DNA of 64,000 nt, taken from Sphyrna mokarran. Its lineage: Eukaryota. Where the stretch lies: positions 37,076,001 through 37,140,000 of the forward strand of contig JAGIQG010000005.1 in assembly GCA_024679065.1 (NCBI GenBank). Reading direction: 5' to 3'. The translations under genes and the position numbers were made by a program. How positions within the stretch are numbered: position 1 is the first letter of the stretch; the number at the start of each line of letters is the position of its first letter. The notes under the pieces were generated by a model. The model was not told where the DNA came from, did no database searches, and worked only from the letters and a program-made list of their open reading frames with translations. Positions 37,224 through 50,614 of the stretch are shown here, one piece after another.

Positions 37224-39886
37224 TGTGATAATTATCCCTTTAAAGATCACGTGACCTGGGAAACCAGGTAGGGATCAGGTTGAGGATTCACTCTGGTAAG
37301 CGGGGATTTCTATTCCAGAACCGCCTGGAGAACTGGCATTAGCCTTGAGACTGCAAGACTTTCTTTGCATAGCCTTTACCTGTAAATAAATGTGCTGTTG
37401 TTTTTCCCTTAACTGGTGAACAAGAATTATTACATTTGCGACAAGGGTAAAATTGCGCATTGAACTGCGAGTATACAGTTTCTGTTGAAGTTGAGTTGAA
37501 GAAGAGTAATTACAAAAATGCCCCTATTGGATGGATAGATTTTTTTTTTGATGCCTCTGTGGAATACTGGACACAATATATAGAGCGTTTGGGCTATAAC
37601 TTTCAGGCCAATGGAATAGAGGACAACAGAAAGTCTGTTGCAAGAGCTGTTACGAGTTAGAGTATACCTTTATATTATAACTGGGTTGACAGAAGTCAAA
37701 TGCCTTAGCTAACTTAGAGGAACTATTAAAGAGATTTCAAGAGGCTGGAATTCACCTCGAGAAGGAGAAATGTGCTTTTCAAGCCACTAAGGTAGCCTAC
37801 CTGGGATACTGTGTAGATCCACAATGATTATAGTCCATGGAAAACAAGGTCAGAGCCATAAAGGAGACATTCGCTCCCAAAAACACATCTGAGCTCAAAT
37901 CGTTTATAGCATTAGTGGGTTTTTTTTTAAACCAAATTTGTTGAAGTATTGGTCCCTTTGCATGTGCTGCTAAAGAAGATGTCCCGGAAAGAAGCCTTTA
38001 ACAGGTTAAAGTAATTGCTACATTCTTCGAATTTGTTCATGCATTTTGACTCATCTACAAAATTAGTTTTAATCTACAATGCCCCTCAACATGACATTGG
38101 TGCAATCCCATGAGAAGGATGACAAATCTGAGAGGCCATTAGGTTATGCCTTGAACCCTCTCAGAAGCCAAAAAAGGCTACTCACAGATTGAGAAGGCAG
38201 GATTATGAATAATTTTTGTTGTCAAGAAATTCCACCAGTATTTGCACAGTAGGCACTTTACCATTGTTTCTGATCACAAACCACTTTTGGATTTTTTTAA
38301 AGATGAGGCTATTCCACCAAACACTTCAGCAAGAATTCAACATTGGACATTAATCCTCTCTGCTTCCAGGTATCTTCAAGCAAAGGCCTAGAATTTACGT
38401 TTGAATGAAGATGCACGTGGTCACCTATCTTTGCAAGAGAATTGTATAGCGTTGAATTTCTTAGATGTGTTGGCAGTCTTGGTGAAACAGACCAAGAAAC
38501 CATCGGGATTCACTAATGACCAATGTGAGACATAGGGCATTAATGGATTGGGCAAATGAGCTAATGACTTTCTGAAGAGTTGAAAGCAAATCTTGTACAA
38601 AAAGATGAGTCGAGTTGCCAAAATGGCATCATACTTTGGGGAGCAAAACTGGTCATTCTGTACCAGGTAGTGAGTTGAGTTGATTTACACAATGCCCATC
38701 CGAATATATCTAAGATGATGATGCTTGCCAACAATTATATCTGGTGACCTGGCATTGATTGCGACATGGAGAGCCAAGTCAAGCACTGAACGGTGCCAAT
38801 TTCATTAAAAGTTGTCTGTTACAGCCCCACTGCACCTTTGGGAGTGATCTGGCCAGCCATGGAACAAGCTCATGTTGAGGATGTTGGTTCATTTGTGGGT
38901 GCAATATTTTTCCTCCTTGTCAACGCAGGTTCAAAGTAGATGAAAGTGTTTAAGCTAAAGTCTCTGACATTGCATGCTGCAATTGAAAAATCATGTTTTT
39001 CCAGCTACAGAGTACCTGAAGTCATCATGCCTGTTAATGGAACTGTCTTCATGAGGGCCGAATTTCAGAATTTCACCATCCTGAATGGCATCAAGCCCAT
39101 TAGGGCTGTACCTTACCATGCTGAATCTAACAGATTAGCTGAACAAACAATCCAAATCTTTAAGTCTGGCTTAAAGAAGCAGTCAGGAGGGACTCTGAAG
39201 ATCAGAATTTAATGATTCCTCCTGAGCTAAAGGACCACTCCATATGCAGCAAGAAGAAAATTGTTAATAAACCGTTGTCTCAGAATGAGACTGAGCCTCC
39301 TGTTTCCAAATTTGTCAGGGAGGATATAGGCCAACTAATGTAGTTAGAAGACAAACCATGATTCATATAATTCAACACAGTAATTTTCAATGCATGAAGC
39401 TGTGAGAGATTTTGAAAGTAGGTCAAGTTGAGTCCCTGGAATTGTCCTATTCAAAACTGGACCACTGTCTTGTCAAATGGAAGGAAGAATCATCTAGAAA
39501 CACATTTGAAAGAACAAAAGTTGCCCCAGCAGCCAGCACTGACAGCAGGAGCTTATATTGCCATCTGGGAATGTTATCAACTATCCAGGCATTGTAGTCA
39601 CCTATTACAGGCACAATTGACATTCCCATGGAAGCAGATGGAATTGCAATGCCTGTGCCTGAAAAGACATCTTTCTGCAATATGGAAATCAGTGTACACA
39701 ACAGCAAACTGATGATTCTACATATACTTTTTACTCCACGTAAAGAAATCGTTTGTCTGTGCTCAGCACTCCATCATTCATGAATATTGAAAGTTGACCT
39801 TTAATTTCTATATGGGTGGAAGTTTCAGTTCATCTTGACTTAAAATATTCAAGTCCAAAACCAATCAGAAATCAGGATAGGGGAAT
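37224..39886 (+). mobile_element. Decayed Gypsy/Ty3 LTR retrotransposon (5' LTR, PBS, gag, RT/RNaseH, integrase) in IRAK1BP1 intron 2
   Basis: LTR TGTGATAATT...AATTATTACA (37224-37434) with internal AATAAA; PBS-like TTTGCGACAAGG; gag EYWTQYIERLGYNFQANGIED; RT EKCAFQATKVAYLGY; RNaseH YSQIEK...KKFHQYLHSRHFTIVSDHKPLL; integrase PYHAESNRLAEQTIQIFKSGLKK; purine tract near 39874-39885. Many stops and frameshifts. Confidence 0.88.
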
Positions 39887-40508
39887 TATAGAACCTAGAA
39901 CAGTACCGCGCAGTACAGCCCCTTCGGCCCACGATGTTGCACCAACCAGTGGAACCATCTAATGACCATCTAACCTAAACTATTCCCTAAACTATGGCTT
40001 AAGTTTCTGTTATTGTATTAATAAAAAAAATGTACATCTTTCTTAAAAAAAAGATAGAAACGTAAGTGGAAAAAAGTTTATATTTCTAATCAAAATCGTT
40101 CATGTCTACTTTGCATTTTAAGAAGCTGAGAGATAACCAATTCAAAAAATTTGAAGATATCCAAAAGTGAAAACCCCCCCACAAATGGAAATATCAATAT
40201 ACTTCAACATTACCTATCTCAGCCAATAGTTGGAGCAAATAAAATGCATCATCTTGCAGCAAGCATACATCTTGTGGGCTAAGCTGGTATTTTGTAATTT
40301 TTAAACAAGAAATTGGGAAGGAAATGATAAGAACTGTTTCCATTGTCCAGCGTAATAGTCCTGGTAAAATAATTACCAACCAACCTAAATTAAAAAGCGT
40401 GATGTGTATTTGTACTATTGAAAACCTTCACTTTATCTGTATCATAGTTAAGCCAAAAACTTCAATGCCACATTACGTTTTAAAGAAGGGCTTTTTTTTC
40501 TTCCCTAG

Positions 40509-40639
40509 GTCTGTATTATATTCAGTGACTTTGGCAAGATGGAGAATTTGTGTAACTTGTTGGTGGAGAAGTTGGACAGTTCCGTTGTTGTTGGTTTACC
40601 TCAGTTCTTTCACACAACTGAGGCTGTGGAAACTCTCAG
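40509..40639 (+). CDS. IRAK1BP1: IRAK1BP1 coding exon 3 (131 nt)
   Basis: Polypyrimidine tract with ccctag| acceptor and |gtaaca donor. Encodes VCIIFSDFGKMENLCNLLVEKLDSSVVVGLPQFFHTTEAVETL(R). Phase 0/2. Confidence 0.93.
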
Positions 40640-41294
40640 GTAACATGGACAATTTTATACATTTATTACCCTGCAGCAAAACGTATGTAATGGTTTGAGA
40701 AATTGTCGAAGATAACTGTTAAGATTATTTCTCAAAAGAAAGAAAGCTTTTCCATAGTAAGAGTTTTGACGAGTATTTAAAAATGAAAAGAGTAACTCAA
40801 GCGAGGATTGGTCCTTTACAAGGTGAGATGGAATTAATGACAGGTAATGAAGAATTATTGGAAGTGTTGAACAGGTATTTTGTGTCTTCTCTGTAGAAGA
40901 TACAAGAGATACTTGGAAATCAGCAGGTAAAAGAGGAGGAACTTTAAATGATCACAATCACAGGGAAAAGATATTGAAAAAACTGAATTAAAATTTGTCA
41001 AGTTGTCTGGATTTTCATCCTATAATTTAAAAGAAGTGGCTGCAGAAACAATAGATGTATTGACTGTAATTTCCCAAAATTCTCTGGATTTTGGAAAGGC
41101 CCCAGTGGATGGGAAAAAGTTGATAATGTAACACTCATATTCAAAAAAGGAGAGAGACAGAAAGCAGGACACTATCAACCAGTTAGTCTCACACCTGTCA
41201 TAGGGAAAATGCTGGAATCCATTATTAAGGAGATAATAACAGGATATTTAGAAAATTAGCATAATCAACATGATTTTGTGAAAGAGAAATCATG

Positions 41295-41952
41295 AGGCGA
41301 TTCTGCCAATACAGCAGCAGCAGGCCTGGCATCTCAAGCAGAGGCTGTGTAAGGGCTTCCTGCTGGATGCCATAGCCTCCGCACAACTTTGGCCACCAAC
41401 AGATTTCTAGCGTCATCAGCTCCATGCCGATTTCTGGTGCAGAGCTCTATAAATTATTTAAATGGTGCTTTTAATGTAATTAGTGGGCCCAGGACTGATG
41501 TCTCCTGGTCCACTAACCCACTCTGCATTTGGCAGTGACGTAGAGAGGGAGGCCAGTGATTTTGGGACTGTCTTTTGTGGTGGGAGTCAGGACTGCCCAG
41601 AGGGTAGGATCAGCGGGCGTCAGGGCTGGTCTAGGGGCCATTGTTCGGAGTGTGGGGTTGATTGATGGGATAGTGATGCAGGGTTGCAGAAAAGGCCAGT
41701 GATTGTGCAGTGCAGGGCTACAGCGCATGTGCTGATCTTGGCACTGACAGATTGGCACATGCACAATGGTCTGCTCAGCATTATGGTGCCAGCCTCTCGG
41801 GCAGGAATAGGCCCCATCCACAGATATTTAATGAGATTCACACTTGGCTCTTCTGTGATGTAGATGTGGGAGATTCAGGAAAAAATCAGCAGGATTTATT
41901 CCAGTTTTTACTCAAATTCGATTCTTAGAATGTTTTTGGAGAACTCCACCCC
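41295..41952. mobile_element. MITE-like GC-rich insertion
   Basis: Interrupts the CR1 motif EKS|CLTN. Ends ggcgattctgccaa ... ttggagaactccacccc form a degenerate inverted repeat. Confidence 0.5.
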
Positions 41953-42236
41953 ATGTTTGACTAATTATTAAGTTCTTTGAGGAATAACAAATAAGCTAAA
42001 TCCATTGAAGTAATATATTCAGATTTCCAAGAGGCATTCAATTGGCTACCACATCAAAAATTGCTGCACAAAGTAAGAATTTGTGGTGTTGCGGGTAACA
42101 TATCAGGACGCAGAAGCGGGGATAAATGGGGTTTTTTTTGGGTCGGTAAGCTTTTACTAGCAAAGTGCCACAGGGATTAGTGTATAGTTTCAGCTATTTA
42201 TAATCTCTATCAGTGACGTGGATAAAGGGACCAATT

Positions 42237-42532
42237 GCGGTGGCACAGTGGTTAGCACTGCTACCTCACAGCGCCAGGGACTCTGGTTCAATTCCGGCTT
42301 GGGTCACTGTCTCTGCGGAGTTTGCATGTTCTCCCCGTGTATGTGTCGGTTTCCTCTGGGTGATCCAGTTTTTTCCCACACTCTAAAAGCGGTGCTGGTT
42401 AGGTGTATTTTCCATTCTAAATTCTCCCTCAGTGTACCTGAATAGACACTGGAGTGTGGCGACTAGGGGATTTTCACAGTAACTTCACTACAGTGTTAAT
42501 GTAAGCCTAACTTGTGATTGATAAATAAACTT
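42237..42532 (+). mobile_element. HE1-like V-SINE with the Rex-like tail
   Basis: gcggtggcacagtggttagcactgc...ggagtgtggcgactaggggattttcacagtaac...ataaataaac. Confidence 0.88.
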
Positions 42533-42601
42533 CAATTTTGCGTGGTAGCTAAATTTGTTGATGACACAAAGATAGGTGGAAAGTAAATTATCAAGAAGAC
42601 A

Positions 42602-42870
42602 TAAAAGAACAAAACAGCATGGAAAACAGGCCCTTCGGCCCAACGAGCCCGCGCCGCCACTCGATGTTCCCACTTCTACACGCAATCCCTGTCCATGTTT
42701 ATAGATCTATGGATTAAAAACCAAATTTGAGACAATTTAGGGAGAATTTGTTTTGCCAATTAGCCTAAGAGCACATCTTTGGGATGTGGGAGGAAACTGG
42801 AGCTCCCGGAGAAAACCCACGCCAGCACGGGGAGAATTGCAAACTCCCACAGACACAAGCCCAAATCCAG
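42602..42870 (-). mobile_element. V-SINE subfamily with a third tail type
   Basis: Inverted near-copy of 58488-58778; tail gggccgaagggcctgttttccatgctgttttgttc. Confidence 0.8.
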
Positions 42871-43617
42871 AGATCGTACCATAAAAGAGGAGATCGTACC
42901 AAAAAACTAAGTGTCAAATGAGTGTGAAAACAGGAGAGAATTGCACTCATTTTTTGGGCAAGCTCCCAACACAATTGTATGGCAACTAGCAAAAAAAAGG
43001 CAAATGTGATTTTCACCAGTGTGATTCTCATTAGGAGTGGACAGAGCCTATTCAGGATGGGAAGCCAGCCTCTGAGCTGTAGGAGTGCTATTGTGCATAT
43101 ATCCCGATCTGTACGTAGTACATGAGGAGAGTTCTCACTCTCCCAGACATTGGCCAATCCTTAATGTAGAGCACCCCTCACCCACCGCCCTGTCCTTTTG
43201 GGCCTCACGGGCTGAGCGAGACTGGCCCTGTCCAGCCTTGCTCCCAACTACCTAGCATCTTCAAGCGCTCATAAGTTAACCCTCTGTTTCCAAAACCGTT
43301 AAATTTGTTGGCACTAACTTCGAACAGCCTTTTGTCAATTCCATCATATCACAGATTCCCGTAACATCCCTTTCCAATATATACAAAACAATTGCTTGTC
43401 AGGTCACCTGGGCATATGATGAAGAGAAACAATGACCTTTAGACTATGCCTGCAGGAAAGATTGTGGGTTTGAATGGAAAGGAAAGGAGTGTTTCTGGTG
43501 CTGCTAATTTTGTCTATTGGAGGAAGAATAATGAAATTGTACTCTGTCACAAGGGAAGAAAATTAATTTCAATGTTTTAGCTTTTAATTATGTTGAAATA
43601 ATTGTGGAAATATGAAA

Positions 43618-43898
43618 AAGTTTAAAGTTTATTAATATCACAAGTAGGCTTACATTAACACTGCACTGAAGTTACTGTGAAAATCCCCTAGTTGCCACAC
43701 TCCGGCGCCTGTTCAAGTACACTGAGGGAGAATTTAGCCAATCCACTACTCTAGCACATCTGTCAGACTGTAGGAGGAAACCCATGCAAACATGGGGAGA
43801 AAGTACAAACTCCACACAGACAGTGACCCGAAGTCAGAATAAAACCTGGGTCCCTGACACTGTGAGGCAACAGTGCTAACTGCTCTGCCATTGTGCCG
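43618..43898 (-). mobile_element. HE1-like V-SINE with the Rex-like tail
   Basis: Reverse complement of the 42237 type. Confidence 0.82.
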
Positions 43899-44673
43899 TG
43901 AAATAAAGATATTGTACAAATTGTAATAGCATGTGAATTTATCATTGAGTGGGAGATTTTATTAATGCAGAAATTTGGATATCTAGCAGATTAATAAAAC
44001 CATGGCCATTTACACAAGTACCTCAGAGAATCGCCAATTCCCTGCCACAACTTAGATGGAAGATTCCTAGTATTTATTCCAGAGATCCAGAGTTTGTTTT
44101 ACTCCAGATAAGGCCAGTGCGCGAGCTGACAAGAGTGAATAACAAAGTTAACTCTTGTGTCTCATTTACATCTCCCATGCAACTCACTGCCCGGTTATGT
44201 AACAGAAATTTCAGTAGCAAGTATTATGACCTCAGGTACTGGTCCTCATTCAAGTCCAACTGAGTATTCTAAGCAGGGGAGGCCCGAGATTTCCTTTTGC
44301 AACTCTGAGGAGAATTTATGTTCTGGCCCCAGCAACTTTGTCTGATATGTTTCACTCATTAGAGGAGTCACCACTGTTACCCTGCTCTTGTTACAAAATC
44401 AGATTGGATTTGATGATATTAGAGTGCAACTGCATATTTGTAGAGGACCTTGATAACTTGAAGCAGGTGCCCTTGCTTTCCACAATGTAAAAAGGGAATC
44501 ATCCAAATTAGGACTGATGAGGACTAGATAAATCCCCTGCTCCTTTTTAACTACTCTGCTGTCTATTTATTAATGGGACATTAAAATCTGAGGCCTTAAT
44601 ATCACCTACAATATCTTTCAACTAAAAGTGCATAAAATAAAATTTAATCCAAGTTCCTGTTTGTTTCATATAG

Positions 44674-44944
44674 ACGACAAGCATGTCTTCGAGCTGTTGC
44701 TAACTCTCGGCGTAAAGCATTTGAGGTGTGCCGATTGCTTGGCCAGACTCTGGGCAAACCTTTGATTGTCCGGGAAGAAGAAACCAAAGAAAGTGAAGGT
44801 CTAACTACCGAAGCACCGTCATCAGACAATATGAGGTCATTGACAATTCAGCAGCAAATTAGCAATGCATCTGTGACTGTTTGTTCCAAAGTGTTTGTGA
44901 CTTTTGAGCTTAAATCAAAAGATAATCTCAAAAGGAATAATTAA
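44674..44944 (+). CDS. IRAK1BP1: IRAK1BP1 coding exon 4 (terminal, to TAA)
   Basis: Acceptor ttcatatag| in phase 2, matching exon 3. Encodes RQACLRAVANSRRKAFEVCRLLGQTLGKPLIVREEETKE...SKVFVTFELKSKDNLKRNN*. Total CDS 294+66+131+271 = 762 nt = 253 aa plus stop. Confidence 0.93.
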
Positions 44945-45550
44945 GTAAATCACTTTTGAATTTACAAATGAAAGCTTTTCAGAAAACCAGCTGCATTTTT
45001 AAAAATGCCAATGAAGGTTTTAAATCTGCATAAAATGCAGTTTTATGAAAGGCAATCTAGAGATATAAGTGCTATGTTAGCTAATCCTTAGCGGTGCTAA
45101 TTTTTAATATGCAGCTTAATATAAGTAAAATGGATCCATTGGTCTTATGCATAACAGCACCTGCTACTTCTACTTATTCAGTTTCTCACCAGTAACCAAA
45201 GACAACATGGAACTGATGTCAACTTGTGGCAATCATTATCAAAAATCCTTAGGAAAAAGTTATTGATGCAGTTTTTATTCATTTGCCTGACTGTGAGGCA
45301 AATTATATTTTTATACAACAGTTGGTATTATATCTTTTTCAGCCATTTCCCCATTAGTTGACCTATCTTCATTACTGTGTAAATAGTAAATGCAGAAGAA
45401 AACTAATGATGGTGCAGATCCGTTTTGGGTTGTGAAGTTGCTGGTGCCATGGATCTGAATTAATGTGGAATGCAGTCGGTTAATTGCAGCACCATTAAGC
45501 TTACTACTGCACACAATAGAATTTGCATAGGCCTAGCTGACAGGTGTACG

Positions 45551-45745
45551 ATGTAGAGATGCCAGTGTTGGACTGGGGTAAACACAGTAAGAAGTCTGAC
45601 AACACCAGGTTTAAGTCCAACTAATTTATTTGATAGTAAACTCACAAGCTTTCGAGGCTGCGCTCTTCACGGCCTCGAAAGCTTGTGAATTTACTATCAA
45701 ATAAATCAGTTGGACTTAAACCTGGTGTTGTCAGACTTCTTACTG
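45551..45745. mobile_element. Short young Penelope-derived palindromic insertion downstream of the IRAK1BP1 stop codon
   Basis: 76-bp inverted repeat at 45585-45745. Terminus atgtagagatgccagtgttggactgggg is shared with other copies. Flanked by an imperfect duplication acaggtgtacg/acaggtatatg. Confidence 0.85.
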
Positions 45746-47823
45746 ACAGGTATATGTTAGGCACCTACCTGTCACAGTGAAGATGGAGTACCTTAGCATC
45801 TGGAATACTTGCCCCTCCACTTTACAGACCAGAACGTATGCTGCCACCCTTTCCTGCCAAACTTGTACAGGGAGCCACTGATAGAACTATTTTTTTAAAT
45901 CATGTTTCTATCGTCTGGGATCCCGCTGTCACTTTGGGAACACATGTTCGTTTGCAAGGTGGGCTCCATCATCTCATTACTTGTTTTGGTCCTTGGAGAT
46001 ATGTCAAACAAGGACCCAGGAATATCTCAGTTTAAGAAGATCCTCCACCACGTTCTCTTGTCATTGAACTTTTAAAAAAAGGAGACTCTTCTATTTACAA
46101 AGTCAAGCAGGGAATCCCATTTTAGGCTGCTTGGTATATCCACATCCTGCCTCTGACTAGTACTTGTCAAGATAATGGTAGGTGTCTGCTGAGTAACTGG
46201 AAAAAAAATACCTGGTGTCCTCCACAGTTTCTAACAATTGCCATAATATTCAAATTCAGCAGATTCTGCTGAGTTAGGATAATGTGCCAGAAAAACATAT
46301 TCCCTGGTTCACTGTTGAGAACCAATACCTTGTCAATGACATGACAATATTTTTACAGTTTTAATGGGGATGAGGAAAGAATACTTGATAAAACAATTTT
46401 AGACAATATGAAAAACTTTTGCTTTGCAAATAAAAGCTTTTTCTGAAAAGATAAAGAAATTTTACAGCCATGCACATATTGATATTTATTTTGTTCCTCA
46501 ATTCGTTGTAATGTGCAATAATTTGCTCAAGTATCACTAAAGTTATTTACATCTGTGCATCTACTTTGCAACATACTGCTTCACACTTAGTAATTGGTTA
46601 TTAAATATTCTCAGGAATTTGCACCAGCAGAATTAGCTCATTTTCCCATTCTGATGTAGAATCATTAATGCCCATCTTGTTTTAAGTTAGAACAGCTAAT
46701 TAAAAATCAAGTTTTCCATGGTTGAAATCCTTGGCACCAGTTTGTTAGAGCAGGAGTTCCACACAATCATTTAAATTTAATTGAGGTAATTTTCCATGGT
46801 TATTTTCACATGTTTTGTGGCTGTCCAATCTCAGGCAAGGTACAGGAGAAATTATGAAAATTTATTGCTACAGTTGTGTGAATTTTTTTTTTTTGTAAAA
46901 ATGTGCTTTAAGCTTGCAATTGATTTAGATGCCTGCTGCACTGTGCATAGCAAAACAGAACATTCTACACACTGGTGTTCCTCACACCAAGCACGGCTAA
47001 GGCATAAATGAGAAAATGTGCATGATATTGAAATACACCTGCAACCAGCTTATGGCAAACCCACACCTATCACCTTTGGCAGAAAATCTAGAACAAAGGA
47101 CAACACAACATGGGAAACAGGCCCTTCGGACCAACAAGCCAGCGCCGCCATTTTAACATTGTGAGTGCCCTCCTCTACCTATGACCTTTGTCTACACCTA
47201 TTGGGGAAGATTGAGAGAAGACTAATTTAGGGACAATTTGTTACACCAATCAACCTGAGAGCACGTTTTTGGGGTGTGGGAGGAAGTATTGCAAACTGTC
47301 ACTTCCTCATGAAGAATCTCCTATTCAAGTTGTAATGGGGAGCTAATGGGAAAATCTTAAGTCAGGAATATGATGTAGGAAATTTTGATCTGTATAATAC
47401 CCAATGGTTGCTTTCTCCATGGGGTTAATCATGGGAATTCATAAACACATTTTCAAACTCAGTTTTTGTTATTGCTCATGGAGGTAATGAGTTAGGTGTA
47501 AATGGACTGATTATACTGGGAGTTCAAGGTCTTGTCTGTCAGCTGAGCAAAGCAGACCATTCCCTTTCAGGAATAAAATTCAACCATCTCATTAGAGATT
47601 TAAGTATTGAACTGTCGCCAAAGAAAGAACTGGAAAGCTCCCTCTGGAAAATGTGCTTCTCCTCGTCATGCCTTATTCTATATACATCTTTGCATACAAC
47701 TGGGCCCCCAAAATTCTCCTGCCAAAGTCAGTTTGAAATTCTACTACTAAAATAATGAGTAATAAATTATTTGCATGGCTATTATACAGCCTTGCATTAA
47801 TTTAGCCTTTCCTTGCTTCTCTA

Positions 47824-49078
47824 TCATAATGGGTAGGTCGTGCCTTACTAACCTTATTGAGTTTTTTGAAAAAGTGACCAAAGAGGTGGATGGGGTAAGG
47901 CGGTTGATGTATATATGGACTTTAGTAAGGCATTCGATAACGTGTCCCATGGAAAGCTTCTGCAGAAAATGCAGATGTATGGGATAGAGGGTGATTTAGC
48001 TAATTGGATTAGGAATTGGCTAGCAGATAGAAGACAGAGGGTGGTGGTTGATGGGAGATATTCATCGTGGAGTTCGGTGACAAGTGGTGTACCTCAGGGG
48101 TCTGTTTTGGGGCCCCTGCTGTTTGTAATTTTTATAAATGATCGGGAGGAGGGTATTGAAGGATGGATTAGTAAATTTGCAGATGACACTAAAGTCGGTG
48201 GAGTGGTAGATAGTGAAGAGGGGTGTTATAGTTTGCAGAGGGACTTAGACAAGTTGCTGAGCTGGGCCGAGAGGTGGCAAATGGAGTTTAATGTGGAAAA
48301 GCGTGAGGTAATGCACTATGGCAGGAATAATAAATGTGTAGAGTCTAGGGCTAATGGTAGGATTCTTAGTAGTCTTGATGAACAGAGGGATCTTGGTGTG
48401 TATGTGCATAGATCCCTGAAAGTAGGCAGTCAAGTCGAGAAGGTTGTTAAGAAGGCATATGGAGTCTTAGCTTTTAATGGTAGGGGGATTGAATTTCGGA
48501 GCCGCAACGTCATGTTGCAACTGTACAAAACTCTAGTGCAGCCGCACTTGGAGTATTGTGTGCAGTTCTGGTCCCCACATTATAAGAAAGATGGGAGGCA
48601 TTGGAGAGGGTACAGAGGAGGTTTACCAGGATGTTGCCTGGTATGGAGGGCAGGTCCTATGAAGAGAGGTTGAAGGATTTGAGGTTGTTTCGTTAGAAAG
48701 GAGGCGGCTAAGAGGGGATCTTATTGAAGCATATAAGATGATTAGAGGTTTAGATAGGGTGGACAGTGATAGCCTTTTTCCTAGGATGGAGAAAGCTAGC
48801 ACGAGGGGACACAGCTTTAAATTAAAGGGGTGATAGTTATAGGACGGATATCAGAGGTAGGTTCTTTACCCAGAGGGTGGTTCGGGAGTGGAATGCCCTG
48901 CCTGCGGCAGTTGTAGATGCGCCAAGTTTGGTGGCGTTTAAAGAGGTTAGTTGATAAGTTTATGGAGAAGGGAATGGTTTAGTTTGGAGGGTCATTGCTT
49001 TTTTCATAATTGGTCGGTGCAACATCGAAGGCCGAAGGGCCTGTTCTGCGCTGTAATGTTCTATTCTATTCTATTCTC
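47824..49078 (+). mobile_element. Young 5'-truncated CR1 LINE, same subfamily, with frameshifts
   Basis: GRSCLTNLIEFFE, DFSKAFD, SGVPQGSVLGPLLF and FADDTK RT motifs; (TTCTA)n tail; near-identical to the 34.9 kb and 59.1 kb copies where they overlap. Confidence 0.95.
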
Positions 49079-50614
49079 TAATAGCCTAGTGCCAAATTGC
49101 CTGAGTATTCACAGTTTTGTGTTTTGCACCAAATAATTGATTTTAAAATCTAAGGAGCTAAAAGCAAGACCTACCTCAAATGATGGACTGATTTTATACT
49201 TGGGTCTTAAAATGTGTTGCATTTTAAATCAAAGCTTAAGTTTGGGGAATTTCCAATGTGACATTGAAATATCTCTGAATAAAGATGAGACTATCAACCT
49301 TTTGGGTTTTTGCTGTTCATTTAAGTTAACTTTTTGCAAAATGAAGACTTAATGGAGCAGACAAATACATTCACTAAATGTGCGTTCATCCTCTGTTTTG
49401 GTCATTTACGTCTCAGTCTTTAACTCTGGGTCTGTTGGGCTGCCAGATGTTAAGTAAACCAATAAACTGTTGATAAAACAAAACACTGTGGAAAATCTTA
49501 GATCTGCCAGCATCTGTGGGGAGAGAATAGAACCAATGTTTTGAGGCTGGATGACCCTTCGTCAGCTAAGAGCAAAGAAAATCAGCAAAGATTTGTAGTA
49601 TGAAGGTGGTGGAATGGGACAAAAAGATTGTAAATGAGGCTACAGAAGGCTGAGAAGATGCTAAAAGTGCCCATCAAGTGATCAGAACTGTTTGAATGGC
49701 AGACAAGGTACAGATGGTATAGGGATTGCCTGAGGATTAAGGCAGTTGCTCTGAAAGGGGAAGGGCAGGAAGGAGAGTTGGAATGGAGAAGTGGAAAAAC
49801 GGAAGTGACAAAGAAGGATGATGAACTGGATGAATGAGATGAAACAAAATGAAATAAAATAAATGGAAATGGGATGGTTTAGATGAGAAATCATAAAAAA
49901 ATCACAGAATTCTACAGTGCAGAAAGTGGCCATTGGGTTTGCACCGACCACAATCCCACCCAGGCCCTACCCTCACATCCCTACATATTTACCCACTAAT
50001 CCCTCTATGCATAGAATGGCCAGTCAACCTAGCCTGCACATCTTTGGACTGTGACTGAGTCATAGAGTTCATGCTCTGAAGTCATTGAAATCAACATTCA
50101 GTTTTATGATGTGCCCAATCCTATTCCTCATTTGTGCTACGCTTCATTGGAATATTGCAGCAGGCCAAAGATGTACATGTGCACATGAGAGCAAGGTGGT
50201 GAATTGAAAGTGACCAGAAGGTCAGGGTTATGCTTGTGGACTCAGCAAAGATATTCTGCAAAGTGGTTACCCAAACTATGTTTAGTTGTCCCATTGTATA
50301 GGACGTGGCCTTGGGAGCAGTGAATACAGTAGCTCAGATGAAGGAGATGCAATTGAAACATTTCTTCACCTAAGTGTTTGGGCCCTTGAACAGAGAAGAG
50401 GTAAATGGGCAGGTGTTGCACTAATGGAATTGCAGTAGGGAAGTGCTTAAGGAAGGAGGATTTGGGGCTAATGGGGGAGTGGACCAGGGTGTCAGTGAAG
50501 AGCAATTCGGAATACTGAAGCAGGGCTGGTAAGGGAAAGATATTTGGTGATGGTATCATGTTGGAGTTGGCAGAAATGGCAGAGGATGATCCTTTGAATG
50601 TGGAAGCCGAGAGA

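Larger units (their letters stand above)
40660..42600 (+). mobile_element. Decayed CR1 ORF2 fragment interrupted by a MITE-like element (41295-41952) and a SINE (42237-42532)
   Basis: YQPVSLTPVIGKMLESII-like, HDFVKEKS|CLTN, DFQEAF and KFVDDTKIG motifs are collinear across the insertions. Confidence 0.75.
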
